A program made the translations under genes and the position numbers. A stretch of 64,000 nt of DNA from the NCBI GenBank assembly GCA_046563655.1, contig CM102287.1, positions 6,944,001 through 7,008,000 of the forward strand. Direction: 5' to 3'. The DNA is from Yuukianura sp. NJ FZ-2021 (Eukaryota). Numbering within the stretch: position 1 is the stretch's first letter; the number at the start of each line of letters is the position of its first letter. Below, piece after piece: positions 13,053 to 26,100 of the stretch. The notes under the pieces were generated by a model. It had not been told where the DNA came from, ran no database searches, and saw only the letters and a program-made list of their open reading frames with translations.

Positions 13053-16000
13053 GTTTATAAGTTGGATTTGGTTCTCTTAGGTAAAAGTGTCACAAGGTTA
13101 CGCTATTAGTTGTAACAGGTAGATACTTCGGTGATGCAGTTTAGAAGATGCAATTGCTGAGTTTGAGTCAAACGTAATTGGCTGTGAAGTCTCAAGAGCA
13201 ACATTCCAAACTTCCTGATCCAAATTCAAAAACAGGAAATAATTAAACTCCAGAAATTAGAACCTTTGAAACATTTAAATCGCTTTTCAATTTACAAAGT
13301 TTAATTAAAGCGTATTTTACTTAAGCACCGCTGTGCGACTTCGCAAACAATAGACTGAACATATAATAAAAATAACAATATTAGAATTATCAAATAAAGT
13401 CTAATAAATTAAAGTAATAGAAGTCATCGATTGGCTAGGTTGTTTGCTCACAGCAAACACTGAAGCGGCACTATGCTTAATGATATTTTTTGATGAAACT
13501 GCACTGTAGAGGATGCGAATCAAATCGGATCTAGAGATTTTGAGTATCTCATCTTAGGGCAGAAGTGGATTACTGCGTTTTTTTCTAAGATCACTTCCAA
13601 AATTGTCAAATCTAACCCATAATACAGTAAAGCCTCTGCCCGTCCACAGGATAAGTGAACCAAACTTGCCTTTTTTTTTGTAACCGCCCAGTATAATCGC
13701 CAACGTCATTTTTGTAAACACTCAATAGTTACAATCCTGTAGTTACAATATTAAAAAATCACCGTAGCTATGAAATTGTAACCACCAACTAAATACCCTC
13801 AGTGGAAATGAACATACAAAGAGGTGGTTACACTCCGTGGGTACACTGGTATAATAAGGCCATTTTCATTCTTTTAATGCGAGCAGCGCCGGTAAGCGGC
13901 GCCACAAATTCCCTAGTAAAGAAGTGAAAGTGTTCAAATTAATTATTTGGTAGAAATGTGCATGACACTCTGTCTCATGTCACTTTTGACGGAGCTTCTC
14001 GTACTTGGTAGTATCAAATGAGCAAAAGAGCAGCCACTACTAAAGCATTCTTTAATTAATTACTTTTCAAATGGTCCTTTGAAAGACAACATGAATTAGG
14101 TTAATTCAATTGAAATCTGCTGCTTCCTAGATGTTGCATAGAATACTTTGAAATTATACATACATATACATTTCACTCCAGCTAACTTTTGTTTAAGAAC
14201 ACGACAAGGGCATATCCCACTAGATGGTTACATCATTTACATCATGTTAGTAGCATTATCCATTACACGCAAAAGTGTAACTAAAATTACTCAAATTGTG
14301 TTTTCCAATGATCTCACGCCTTTGTTAATTTATGGAGTGAATGACAAAATTCAAATTTTAATATTTTTGAATATGACAGGGTGTCATCTAAACAGAGAAT
14401 TATATTGCGTAACGAAAATAAACCATTTGAAGTTACAATTTTTTTTAAATCCGGAAACCGAATCATAACGGCTGTGGTTTCAATTTTTTTTATGTTTTGA
14501 TTGATTACCAAAATTCAGAAAATTCGACTTACAAAGTGACCGTTAACAAGTGAATTGTCAAAGACGAACGTCCAAAATCAATTGGCGCATGTTGATGAAC
14601 TGTGTTAACAACTTGACCTATGACCTTGAGTTGACAAGTCAAGGACTTGGCTTGACAGGCATTCAATGTGGGAGCTAACTGATGACCGTGACCTTCGTCT
14701 TACGCGTCTGGAGAGGGACTGAATGGAGAAAGGCAAGGGAAGTCTGGAAAAAGCAGAGAAAGTGATTTGCGCCGAGGGCAGCAGTATAGTTTCTGGAAAA
14801 GGAAATATTTTTGTTCACAGGAAAAGGTGGCCAATCCATCGAAATCTTGATTTGCAGGAGAACAGGAAGTGAAAGCAATTTGTTTTCTAAATTACTCACA
14901 CACCCGCACCTCTACTATGAATGAAACAAATTCAAAGAATTTGCATTTGCCACAAACCCACTTTCACAATTTCCCAATTCATTTTAACTTCAATTCCTTT
15001 CGTATCCCTTATCCTAAATTTTATTTGACAAAATTCAAAATAATTTTGAATTTTGCTAAAAACAATCCGGGTGTTGATTTATTATTCAAAATTTGAAAAA
15101 AAAAGAGTCAAGTTCAGTAGATTTCCGTTTTCAATGATGTCAATTCCCAGAAAGAATTATAAATTTAAACATCACGCCCACCCACTTTATACATTATACT
15201 CAACCTACCTTTGGCAGGTGAAAGTTACTTTTTCTTCTTGAATTAAACAATGTAAGTTTCTCTCTCTTGAAAAAATATAATATACTATGGCAAATTGTCA
15301 TTGACAATGTACAATGCCAACATTGACAATATATTGTGCAATACAATGTACAATACATTATATTTTAGATGAGATTTATTGTACAAATAATTGACATTGT
15401 AACAAGAAATTACTTTTAACGCCTTTAACACACTGTACAGGAAGCTAGAAGCCCTAAGCTTTAATAATTTTCTGAAAATGTGGGATTTTTTAACTACACA
15501 GTTTTAATTAAGTTTGACAGGATTACTCTACGTAAAAAGAAGATTTCTGATGATGGTTGCCTAATGACACTTTAGCCAGTCTCTTCCAATTATGTGAGAA
15601 TGTAATTTGGTTATTACTGTTTGTTTGATGAGGAAATGCGCGGAAGTTGGTGGGAAAAGTGGCAAAGATGGTGAAGGTCAATTTTCAAAATATTGGACAC
15701 AATCGTAGTTGCATGGGCTAAAACCGGATTTCGAAATTTGTGTCATCACAAAGGCCCAAGGAAAAAGGAAACTCCACTTAGAAATATTAAACCCTTGAAA
15801 AAAGAAACAAGTTTGTTCTTTCAAATCTCCTGAAAAGTGTTGGAGAGAGCGGCAGTAAGTGGCCCCATTTTGTTGAAAGTGTATCTCCTCAACTCAAATT
15901 TCTTTCTCTTTCACCATTCTTTTTCTTCTCAGGAATTTAATCAGGACGAAAAGAGTTTAACGTTTTTAGAGAATTCACCATTACAATTTAACAAAGCAAG

Positions 16001-16074
16001 ATCTGTGGAACGAACTTGTCTAAATCCATGTTATTTTAAGCCCTGTCCACACTTGTCCTAATAAGTAATTAAAA

Positions 16075-17778
16075 ATGAACTCCATTTTGGTTGGCGCTGC
16101 CTCAAGCTTTGCTTTATTGGCATCGTACTACTGGTTTTTCGTTGCAAGAGTAAGACATTCTTTGACAATTTTGTTTTGAGTTGATGTTGTTCTTTATAAA
16201 AATTTTGATTTATTTAAATCCCAACTTAGCGTCCTAAAACGTATGTTGGAAATAGAAAAATGAGAAAGTTCTTGGAAGATCATGTTCCGATTTTGAAGGA
16301 CGTTTATTGGCCAACCTTATTCTACTGGGAGGGGCGATTGCAAACTTATTTTGGACTAACGAAAAGACACACAGTTCCACATCGATTGGATTTTAAAAGA
16401 GAAATTATACCGTTGAATGACGGCGGAGAGCTAGCTCTGGACACGATGGAACCAAGTTCTAAGGAATTAAACGGGTGAGTCTTCATTTTGAAAGTTTCTT
16501 GCTAGAAATCGAAAGAGCAGTTTTGCAATTTAAAATATTTCAACAACATTGCAGTGAGAAGCCAGTGGTTGTTCTTATTCTGCCGGGTGTCGGCAGCTCT
16601 TCACGCACTTCGTACATTCGAACGCTAGTTAGAGCAATTCAAGCAGTAGGAGCTACCAGCGTCGTGTTCAATAATCGCGGATTCGCCGGACTACGGTTGA
16701 AGGTTAAATATTTACACATGAACGAATTTCAATTTTGGAATTTTTAAGTAGAAAGAAAAAAAATGTTTTTTTTTCTGTGAAAATTTTTATAAAAATAGAC
16801 ACCGCGGACACACTCTGCACGGAATGTTGAGGATCTGCGCGAAGTAGTGACACATTTGAAGAACGTATACGCAGATCACAAAATCGTTGCCCTTGGAACT
16901 TCGCTCGGAGGGTATGACTAGCAAAGGCTGACAAATTCTAAAAAGTCTAGTTCTACTTTTACAATTGTTTATTGATTGTTCCTTATTGATTACAAATATT
17001 TACTTACAACTAAAATTAATGTGATTCTCATTCTGTCCTGCGCAGAGTAGTTCTTTGTCACTACATGACTGATTTTCCAGAAGAAGCTGCTGAAGTTTTC
17101 ACTGCAGTGGTGCTTTTATCTACAGTTTGGGACTACTACGGAGCCATCCTGAATCTAGAACGATCTTATTTTAACAAAGAAGTCATTAGTAGAAACCTCG
17201 CCAAGGATTTAGTCTATAGAGTTCTCAGGTTAAAAATTTGACCTTGAAATTTCCAATTTTTTAAAAAACTGCCGTGACCTTGAACCTCATTTGAACAGAG
17301 AGCGATCAATGTTCGAGACGCGAAAAGATACGTGGAACTGGAATGCCATCGAAAATTGCAAATCGGCGCGTGATTTCGACAAGGCATTTCACGTACCGCA
17401 ATGGGGCTATGGATCCGTCGAAGAATATTTCGTGGATGCCACACTCTTGGGCAAAGTCCACAGGATTCCAGTGCCAGTCTTCTCATTAAACGCATACGAT
17501 GATCCCATGATGCCTGGAGAAGGTGCGCAAAATAATGCTAAAATTATACTTTACGATTAGTCATATTAATTATTTTCAAAAAATTAAATGTAGGACTGCC
17601 ATATGGAGAAGCATTGGCGGAAAATTCAAACTTGGCCTTAATCGTAACGAGTCGTGGTGGACATCTAGGATTTCTGGAAGGATTTTCGACAAAGTCGAAA
17701 CAAAATCATTACATGGAAAGATTTACTGCTCAGTTCGTGAAGGCCTTAACGCTACACTCAGCAGAGCTGGAACAATAG
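16075..17778 (+). CDS. Alpha/beta hydrolase, ABHD1/2/3 family (phospholipase ABHD3-like), multi-exon
   Basis: N-terminal anchor MNSILVGAASSFALLASYYWFFVAR, then YWPTLFYWEGRLQT, LNDGGELALD, LPGVGSSS..YIR and VFNNRG. Catalytic triad: Ser in GTSLGG, Asp in NAYDDP, His in GGHLGFLEG. Ends ...SAELEQ*. Confidence 0.92.
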
Positions 17779-17860
17779 CTGGAGGATAAAAGTACTTTTT
17801 AGTATTAAGCAACATTTAAAACCGAATTAGAAATTAGTTAGATTAATTTTAAACTAAATT

Positions 17861-19216
17861 TTAGTTATATGTACAACTTTTATAATTAAATGCACAGTTC
17901 CTAGATTGTAGTCGGAATTTGCCACACTCAACTAAAAATGAAACTAGAGATAGGAGAGATACGGAGAGATACAAAAGAAATATTGCCTTCAAATGCTCCA
18001 TGGACAAAACAACTGTTGAGGTCACCGACATTGCCCTTCTTGTCGCTGTTTTCAAAATATCTTGGCGCTCTTCCCAATAAAATTTTTGAGTCCATTTTGA
18101 AATCATGCCAGTCTCAAAGTACGATCCTAAGATGAAGTTGAACGGTTCGACAAGGTCTGAACCAGGCTTAAACGCAAATCCCACAATTGCCCAGTATATA
18201 GGTTGATCCAGTTGGTAATAATCAACTTCCGGAAACTGAACTGAAAAATTACTATTGAGAAACGGTTCTGCAGAAGCGTCCCACGTAATACAAGCCACTT
18301 TTGGCTCTAAAATGGCTTCCGAAACGCATTGTGAAATGGGCACTTCGAGTAGTCTGTCCCGGATGGACTGAACTACCGGAGAAGAATTGTTGCCTTTGAA
18401 AAAATGAAGAGCAGCTCCATTGTTGTGATTGAAATTCAGTCGGTAGTCCGTCCCTGCAAGGTCACCCAATGACCTTGGAATGTATCCCTCTCGACCAGGA
18501 CCAGTGAGAGACGCCATCAGTTGACTTTTGTACCCGGTGGAAATGAGCAGCACAAACAGTAACCAACTGGTCACTAACAGCCTCACTTTGACCAAATTCA
18601 AACTTGGCACCGGGACTGCTTCGTCCATAAGTAAGCCAAAGACTAGTAAAGTCACGCGTTCAACGGTTTGCCTCCGAGAAAATACAAAGTAGAACGTAGA
18701 AATTGTTGTGCCGAATGACATTAGAGTCCAAACCCAAACGAACGCAGAGTAAGGACCCGTCAATGAACTGGATTTGACCGTCGGGCGGGACGTCCAGAAG
18801 AAAATTTGCGCGTAAGTAAATGGCCGCGAGAACTCGACAATACTGTTCCGAGCGTAAGTTCGTGCGCCGACACAAATTTCGGCGTCACCTCTAGCTACAC
18901 TTCCGAAAGCTCCGATCCAAGTACCGTTTGGAAGTTGAATTCCAGCTCCATCCGGATTTACCAAAATTGAATATGAGAAATTCATAATTTTGGAAGAATG
19001 GATGAAAATGTCGAGTACGAAACCTCGGTACTTTAGAACAGTAGTTCCATTTTTAACAGGGCTTAACATGGGAGTCATGCGTGGAGGAGCCGAGAATCGC
19101 AGAAAGCGGGAATTCAAAATTTTTCGCGGAGTTTTCCAGTGACTTTGCTCTGACGTTTTTGTTTCACAATAAGAAATAAATACCAGCAGAGCAGCTAAAT
19201 GTTCGAGACACCGCAT
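17861..19216 (-). CDS. Divergent ionotropic receptor (IR, iGluR-related chemoreceptor), intronless, copy 1
   Basis: Signal peptide, then S1 lobe (GFVLDIF, NFSY, NGTWIGAFGSVARGDAEI, TYARNSIVEFSRPF), M1, re-entrant loop (VFGLLMDE), M2 (RLLVTSWLLFVLLISTGYKSQL), S2 (FAFKPGS, FETGMISKW) and M3 (LSMEHLKAIFLLY). Confidence 0.88.
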   Translation of the reverse strand: MRCLEHLAALLVFISYCETKTSEQSHWKTPRKILNSRFLRFSAPPRMTPMLSPVKNGTTVLKYRGFVLDIFIHSSKIMNFSYSILVNPDGAGIQLPNGTWIGAFGSVARGDAEICVGARTYARNSIVEFSRPFTYAQIFFWTSRPTVKSSSLTGPYSAFVWVWTLMSFGTTISTFYFVFSRRQTVERVTLLVFGLLMDEAVPVPSLNLVKVRLLVTSWLLFVLLISTGYKSQLMASLTGPGREGYIPRSLGDLAGTDYRLNFNHNNGAALHFFKGNNSSPVVQSIRDRLLEVPISQCVSEAILEPKVACITWDASAEPFLNSNFSVQFPEVDYYQLDQPIYWAIVGFAFKPGSDLVEPFNFILGSYFETGMISKWTQKFYWEERQDILKTATRRAMSVTSTVVLSMEHLKAIFLLYLSVSLLSLVSFLVECGKFRLQSRNCAFNYKSCTYN

Positions 19217-19640
19217 TATGAACAATGTTACAGATTTTGACTACAAAAGAGTAATTTCTTAAGAGGATAGATCCAATTCATTAGGAAATTACATAAATGT
19301 TTAATTACAACTCGAATGATTGACAAAACAATTTTTTTTTGTAATTGGAATATTTTGTCGTAATTTTATAATGGACGATTGAATGGAAGCCAATAAATCT
19401 GTTTTGCCGAAACCTCTTGAGATTTTTTTTGACATGTAAAGTAAATTTGGAAAGTGTTAGGGTGTAGGTCGAAATTTTGGTTTAGTTTGTCTTCAAAATG
19501 AAAATAGTTTCTTCTGTCTTTTCTCCATATGTATCGTTGGTTTAAAAACATCTCATCTCGTATCAGACAACTTTTCATGCAAAATTCGTAAAGGAGTGAA
19601 TTCAGAATATTAAACATACACTACTTAACTACAACTTTTA

Positions 19641-20070
19641 TCATGAATTGTAAAATTGATTTTGATTGACTATCGCCAACGCAAGCTTGGCACGCCGGCA
19701 GTTTGACAGTGTCGAGTTGCCCCATTCCGCTATAAGAAAAAACGAAAGGTGACACACACACAAGTCGCACTGGACATACAGAATAAAAGTTCTATCAAAA
19801 CGGCTCATTGAGAAAACGACGGTTTCGGTCTCAGATGGCGTCCTTTTGTCGCTGATGACAGTTTTAAATCCATTTTCCATTTGAAATCAACCCAGTCTCA
19901 AATACGATCCCAAAATCAAGTTGAACTGTACGAAAATGTCTGTGAGCCTCGCTTAAAAGCGAAACCTGGAATTCTCGCAGTAGATCGGTTGTGGCAGTTT
20001 GATAGTAGCGGACTCCCGGGAATTGAACTGAAAAGTTACTTTTCAGAAACAGATCGACTGAAATTTGCAT
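19641..20070 (-). pseudogene. Frameshifted 3' fragment of a third IR paralogue
   Basis: Pieces in different frames match the flanking IRs: FLKSNFSVQFPGVRYYQ, GFAFKRGS, FETGLIS, ETVVFSMSRFDRTFILY and FFLIAEW. The 5' two-thirds is absent. Confidence 0.85.
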
Positions 20071-20378
20071 ACAAATTTTTTTAAGTATAACTTGAACGCT
20101 TTTATGAGTTGGATTCCCCGTGGTTCAAATAGGAAAAACTTAAGAACATCTTACTAACAAAAGCACTGATGACCTCCACCCAACTTCACAAACGAAGAGT
20201 TTTGGACACTGATTGATTGATTGCCCATTAATTTCATTTCATAGCTAAATTATTCCTTTGTAAATTACCTCTTGAAATCAAAAATTGGACACTGTCATGT
20301 TTTGCCGTATTATTTTAAAGTACAAGAAAACATACCGTATTTTGCATTTCCATTTAAAAATATTTTCCAATTGAGTAT

Positions 20379-21740
20379 TCAATGAACTAATAAATATTTA
20401 TTAATTTTTACCAAGACTAGGTTAACCAATATTGACATTCTCAATTTCGCCCATTCCAACAGAAAAAAGACAAGTGACAGAAGTGACATGGTCATGTAAA
20501 GTACAAACGTTCCCCGAAAATGAGCCATGGACAAGATAACAGTTTCTGTCTGAGTTAACCTTGGCCTTTTCCCCACCGCTTTCCAAGTTTCTTGGCGCTC
20601 TTCTAAATAAAAATTTTCAATCCATTTTGAAATCAAGCCCGCTTCAAAGTAAGATCCCGATATGAAGTTAAACGGTTCAACGAGGTCTGAGCCTGGCTTA
20701 AACGCAAACCCCAATGTTCCCCAGTAGATGGGCTGCGGCAATTGATAGTAAGCTACTCCCGGGTACCGAACCGAAAAATTACCTCTGAGAAACGGATCTG
20801 CTGAAATGTCCCATGTGAGGCAGGCGACTTTTGGCTCCAAGATGGCTTCCGTAACACACTTTGAAATGATCACATCATGGAGTCTGTCCCGGATAGACTG
20901 AACTACGGGAGATGAATTGTTGCCCTTGAAAAAATGAAGAGCAGCTCCATTGTTGTGATTTAAATTCAGTCGGTAGTCGGTGGCTGCAAGGTCATTCAAT
21001 GACCTTGGTATGTACCCTTCTCGACCAGGTCCAGCAAGAGACGCCATTAGTTGACTTTTGTAGCCAGTTGAAATTAGCAGCACAAAAAGTAACCAACTTG
21101 TCACTAACAACCGAATTTTGACCATATTCGGCATCGGAATTGTTTGGTCCATCATCACAGCAAAGACGAGCAAAGCCGAGTTCACACCAGTTTGCTTCTG
21201 AGCAGAAACAAAATGAAATGTCAAAATTGTTGCGATGAATGACAATAACGTTAAAATCCAAACGCCATTTGTGTAAGAGGCGACAATTGAACTGGATTTG
21301 ACGATTGGGCGTGACGTCCAGAAGAAAATCTGCGCGTAGGAGAACAAGCGTGAAAATGCTACTGCCTTGTTTCTGGCGTAAGTACGCGCGATGATACAAA
21401 TGTGGGCGTCACCGTTAACCACATTACCGATAGTTCCGTGCCATGTTCCATTAGGAAGTTGAATTCCAGCTCCTTCCGGATTTACCAAAATCGAGTACGA
21501 GAAATTCATTATTTTGGAGGAGTGGTCCAAGATGTCTAGTGCCGGACCATGAAACTTTTGAGTTGGAGTTCCAATTCTTATAGTGTTGAAGACGGGACTA
21601 AGTCGCGGTAACGTGGAAAATCGTATCGATCGAGAATTTAAAATTTCTCGAGGTGTTTTTGATGGATTTCCGTCGACTTTCTTACTTTCACAATAAAAAA
21701 TGAAAATACCGAAAACAAAAAACTTCTTGTTGAAACTCAT
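20379..21740 (-). CDS. Divergent ionotropic receptor, intronless, copy 2 (tandem paralogue)
   Basis: Colinear with copy 1 and near-identical in M2-S2 (LLVTSWLLFVLLISTGYKSQLMASL.GPGREGYIPRSL, NHNNGAALHFFKGNNSSPVVQSIRDRL). Start placed at MSFNKKFFVFGIFIFYCES by homology to the copy 1 signal peptide; the ORF stays open further upstream. Confidence 0.88.
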   Translation of the reverse strand: MSFNKKFFVFGIFIFYCESKKVDGNPSKTPREILNSRSIRFSTLPRLSPVFNTIRIGTPTQKFHGPALDILDHSSKIMNFSYSILVNPEGAGIQLPNGTWHGTIGNVVNGDAHICIIARTYARNKAVAFSRLFSYAQIFFWTSRPIVKSSSIVASYTNGVWILTLLSFIATILTFHFVSAQKQTGVNSALLVFAVMMDQTIPMPNMVKIRLLVTSWLLFVLLISTGYKSQLMASLAGPGREGYIPRSLNDLAATDYRLNLNHNNGAALHFFKGNNSSPVVQSIRDRLHDVIISKCVTEAILEPKVACLTWDISADPFLRGNFSVRYPGVAYYQLPQPIYWGTLGFAFKPGSDLVEPFNFISGSYFEAGLISKWIENFYLEERQETWKAVGKRPRLTQTETVILSMAHFRGTFVLYMTMSLLSLVFFLLEWAKLRMSILVNLVLVKINKYLLVH

Positions 21741-22155
21741 AGTCCCAAGTAATAAAGTGGTACGGTTTTCAGAAATGGTATTCTTACTGGCGTACAGTTC
21801 AAGATTCAGTTGCATAAAAGTTTTAGTACACTTCAAAGTGAATGACAACTCGAATGTGACAGTTGACGTCTATTTTCAGCAATTAGTGTACAATTGAGTG
21901 ACAGAATTGACACTGTTTGTTCAGAACAAAAAAGGACTTTGTTCCAAAATGTCACCACTGTAGTAGTGAAATAGTGAAAGCTTGAAACTTATAATCCAGC
22001 TTTCACATATGTTTGCATTTTTTACCTTTTGTCACTTTCCATAATTTTATTTTTGACTAATCTTAAGCTTTTTTCATTTTACATACGACTAATTGTAATT
22101 CAAAATCTTAAATTTTATTTAAAAGTTAGAATAAATATTAGGCTAAGATTCTCAG

Positions 22156-22682
22156 CGTAGCAGGTGAATTGACCAAAAACCTTTGGCCAAAATGAAATGA
22201 CCAAAAGTGAAAAGGCCAGAATTTGAAATTAACCTTAGGTTAGGTTACCTGAGTTTTATTTTCCTTTTTGGCTATTTTTTCTGGCCTTTCGTTTTTGGTC
22301 ATTTCCTGATTTCACGTTTTGGCCAAATTTCATGAAACTATTCGTAAGAACCTTGGGTACGCTAATTTTTTTTTCATATTAATTTTTAGCAAAGAAGGCA
22401 CGTAGCCGCTAAGGAAATGTTGTACGAGAATGTTTTGGACTTCACGTACTAAATTATGTGGCACACAAAGTGAGGTTAGTTTTCAATAAATCGCTTATGG
22501 GTTCCGTGTAATTTGGCTAAAAAGTGAAATGAGAAATGACCAAAAGGAAAAGATAAGGAAAAAAGGACAACGCGGAAAATGAAACTCAGGTAACCTATGT
22601 TCTTCTAAATTCTAGGCTTTTCTCTTTTGATCATTTCACTTTTGGAACTAATTCTTTTTTGTCATTTCACCTTCTACGTTGA
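22156..22682. repeat. Two diverged ~185-bp copies of a short repeat element in inverted orientation
   Basis: 22156-22340 (cgtagcaggtgaattgacc...taggttacctgagttttattttcc...ttttggtcatttc...ggccaaatttcatgaaac) matches the reverse complement of ~22500-22682 (gttccgtgtaatttggct...gaaatgaccaaaag...gaaaatgaaactcaggtaaccta...gtcatttcaccttctacg). Confidence 0.75.
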
Positions 22683-23176
22683 CAATGACCGTGCTTTGAA
22701 AATTCGAACGGGACAATGTTTGTAGGCTAGTTAATCCACAGTTGAGATCAAGATTTAGATACTTGCCAATAGCAAACCACTTGAGATTCTAAAACTGGCA
22801 GAACCATTTGCCATTGACATTCCGTTGTTGTGTTCTGCATTCAATTGTTTTTGCAACTGTTTTTGATACCTTGAACTTGGTATTAGTTAGTTTAATTTTT
22901 GGACTAATCTACCAATAAGCAAAAAGTGACGTGCTAATCGTCGATGAATTCACTTGTCGTTTCGTCATTTTGAAGTAGTTGATTCAAACTCATGTGATCC
23001 ACTCAAAATTCAATATCGCGATACATCATCGTTTGATTTTGAATTAAGTTGCGGAGGATCGAATGATTTTTTTTTGGAGATAAATACGACTTCACATTGT
23101 CACAAACGACTACAGTAGCACAATTTTTACCATAATTAAAGGTTGCATTAATACTGCATAGGTACAAACAAACGAA

Positions 23177-26100
23177 ATGAGGGTGTTGCATTGGCTATTC
23201 CCAGTGTTAGGTCTGTTGGCGCTAGTGCTTACGAAAGCGTCTTTGGCAAAGTTTATAGTGGATGACGGTAAGTTAATTTTAAATGTTCAATACTTGTTGC
23301 AATTCTGCAACTGCATAGAAAAGTAATTCAATTTGGTTTCAGATGCACAAAAACGATTTGACAATTTATTTTTGGCCCCCCAACGCGGATTTCACGGCAC
23401 AGATAGCGTTGACGTGGACGCCTTTGTTCACTCAAAAGTGAACATGCCGCTGCTCATGGGATTGATTAAGGGGTCAGATTCATTTTACGCAATGAAGACC
23501 GAGCATGTAAAAGCAGCTCATCTATTGAAAAACGTCTTCTTGAGTAATTCATATCAAAATTCAAAACTAAATCATTAAAAAAAAATCAAGTTTTCAGAAA
23601 ACGTTTAATTTAAAATTTAGAAGAAGAGTCGATTGAGGACTTTCTGACATTGGCTGAAGCTTTGCGAAGTCACAAGGATGTGAACAACAAGCTATGGTTG
23701 CAGGCTCTCCTATTGGCTCGCGTAACCTCCTCAGAACTTCGCGCCCTCAAATTGTCTGTGTCTCTGCCCGAACTCTTGCCGGATCTAATGTTTTCGCGCG
23801 AAGATTTGGAAAAAGCCCGCCATCAAAGTTTGGAGGTGAACATTCCCTCGGTGTTTTTTTTTTGAAAATTGTTTAAGTGCTAGACACTGCTTCTGTGCAA
23901 AAATATTTTACCTTTGGCATTTGAATCAACAGGATGAATGCATAGTGTATGACGAAACGTTTGGAGAAGCGAATGGAATCGAGAACAATTTGTGGTACTT
24001 CCGTCAAGACGTTTTTGCAAATGCACATCATATTAATTGGCACCTTCATCAATCCGTCATTGCACCTAATAACCGGCACGGCGAACTGTTTTACTTTATG
24101 CATCACGAGTTCGTTGGGAGGTAAATTCTTGGAGTCAAGCTTTAGCCAGTTGTGTATCCCGCACTAGAAACTTTTTTGATTGGTAATTTTTTTTCAATTG
24201 AAAAGATACATAATCGAGCGAATCACAAATGGACTTCCAACATTGACCTCGATGCCAATCGAATACGGTTTTCCATTGAGTGCCTACGATCCGCATCTCA
24301 CTGACGCCAATTCTGGCAGAAATTACACTCCAAGAGTAGAAGGAGCCCCACTTGGGGTAAGTGTTAAATTGTAGGCGTTCAGGAAGAAAGTTTCCAAAAA
24401 ACATTTGTCGATTTTTGAAAACGAGCATTTCAACATTTCTTTTTGTGTGAATTATTTCGAAAATTAGGATATGGCTGGTGCAACACTGAGTGATCAGATC
24501 GAGGCACGTCAAAAACTTATTGCTGCAATTGAAGATGACTGCATGATTCACGTGAGTTCAAATTTTTGCTTGGCTTAGAAAAAAAAGTATTTTGAAAAAA
24601 AAAGTATAACTTTAAAAAAATCAAGGAAGATAAAATTTGAATATGTCATCTTTAGAGAAATGGAACTTCAATTCCAATTCTGAACTTTGACGGAGTTGAT
24701 CACTTGTCCAAGGCTATTGAAACATCAAGGTCAATGAACTTCCGGTTGTATGGCCTCTCATTTCACGGATTCATGCACCAATTGATAGCAAGTGTAATGG
24801 ATCCCCAGCATGAGAGTGGAGAGGTAAATTTCTAATTACAAAAAGTTAAAAACTATGATTTTGAAAACTGGCGGTTTTTCACTAGTATGGGGTCATGATT
24901 TCCCCCAGCACCTCCATGAGAGATCCAATGTTCTACGCTTTTCACAAAACTGTAGATGATTTATTCCTGCTGCATAAAGCAAGAATGGAGCCCTACACAC
25001 CGACCGGCGTAATCAAATATTCAACTTTTTTTCAAAAATTTTTGAAATTGAAATTTTGCTTTTTTTTTGTTTTGTTTGTTTTGAAAAAAATTGAATTTCA
25101 AATTTTGAAATTGCAATACCCAATGAATTTTTTTGCAGTCCGACTTTCCGCTGAAATTGAACACAGTGACGCTCCTTGACTTTGAAGTAAACCAAAACCT
25201 TGCTGATGGAACTCCAAATGTATTGGAAACACATTGGAGCAGACAGGAATTCAATTTGAGCCAAGGTATTGACTGGCTCGGTAACGAGAGCATGAGAATG
25301 TGTTCAAAACATTTGAATTACGATGCTTTCGACTACAACATCCTAGTGGTAAAAGACACTTTGCTCTTTAACCAAAAATATTTTGAAATAAAGTTTTGAA
25401 GCTGATTTGAACTATAAAAATTATATTTTATGAATTTAGGAATCTAACGCAGACGAATTTCCCGCTACTTTTCGAATTTTCTTAGCGCCAAGATTCAATG
25501 TGAATGGAGAACGATATTCATTCGAGGAACAGCGACTTCTGTTCGTTACGCTCGACACCTTCACTACTTTTCGTAAGTTTGTCAACATACAGCATCCAAA
25601 ACACAAATTTTCCCATAAAATTTAGAATAACTTCAAAAATTTTTGAAAAATATTTCCTTTCCATTTCCTACTTCGAATTAATACTATTTCTGATTTCCAA
25701 TTTGTAACTATTTCCAATTTATTTGAACAGTATCGCTTGGAGTTAACGACATCAGTCGATCATCGATGGACTCCAGACTCACAATTCCAAGCAATACATG
25801 GCTGAACCCAGGCGAAATGAATTCGACCGAGAACTTCTGCGGTTGTGGATGGCCACGACATTTGCTGCTGCCCAAGGGAACTCCTGAGGGTTTTACCTTT
25901 GACCTGTTTGTGATGGTGACTGATGGAACTGATGACATTCCCTTAATCACTGAGCCTGATGGAGAGTGTTCCACTGCCCCCATTTGGTGTGGAGTCCTTG
26001 GACAGAAATACCCTGACTCCCGTCCACTAGGTTACCCCTTCGACAGGAGGCCTTACACCACCGATGCTGGGCAAGTTGTCCAAGATCTTGAGGAATATGT

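Noticed and set aside
15290..15405. Cluster of acaat/attgt motifs in both orientations
   Set aside because: Low-complexity AT-rich tract; cannot be distinguished from a decayed repeat.
22231..22250. ttaggttagg as interstitial arthropod telomere repeat
   Set aside because: Only two units, embedded in the short inverted element.
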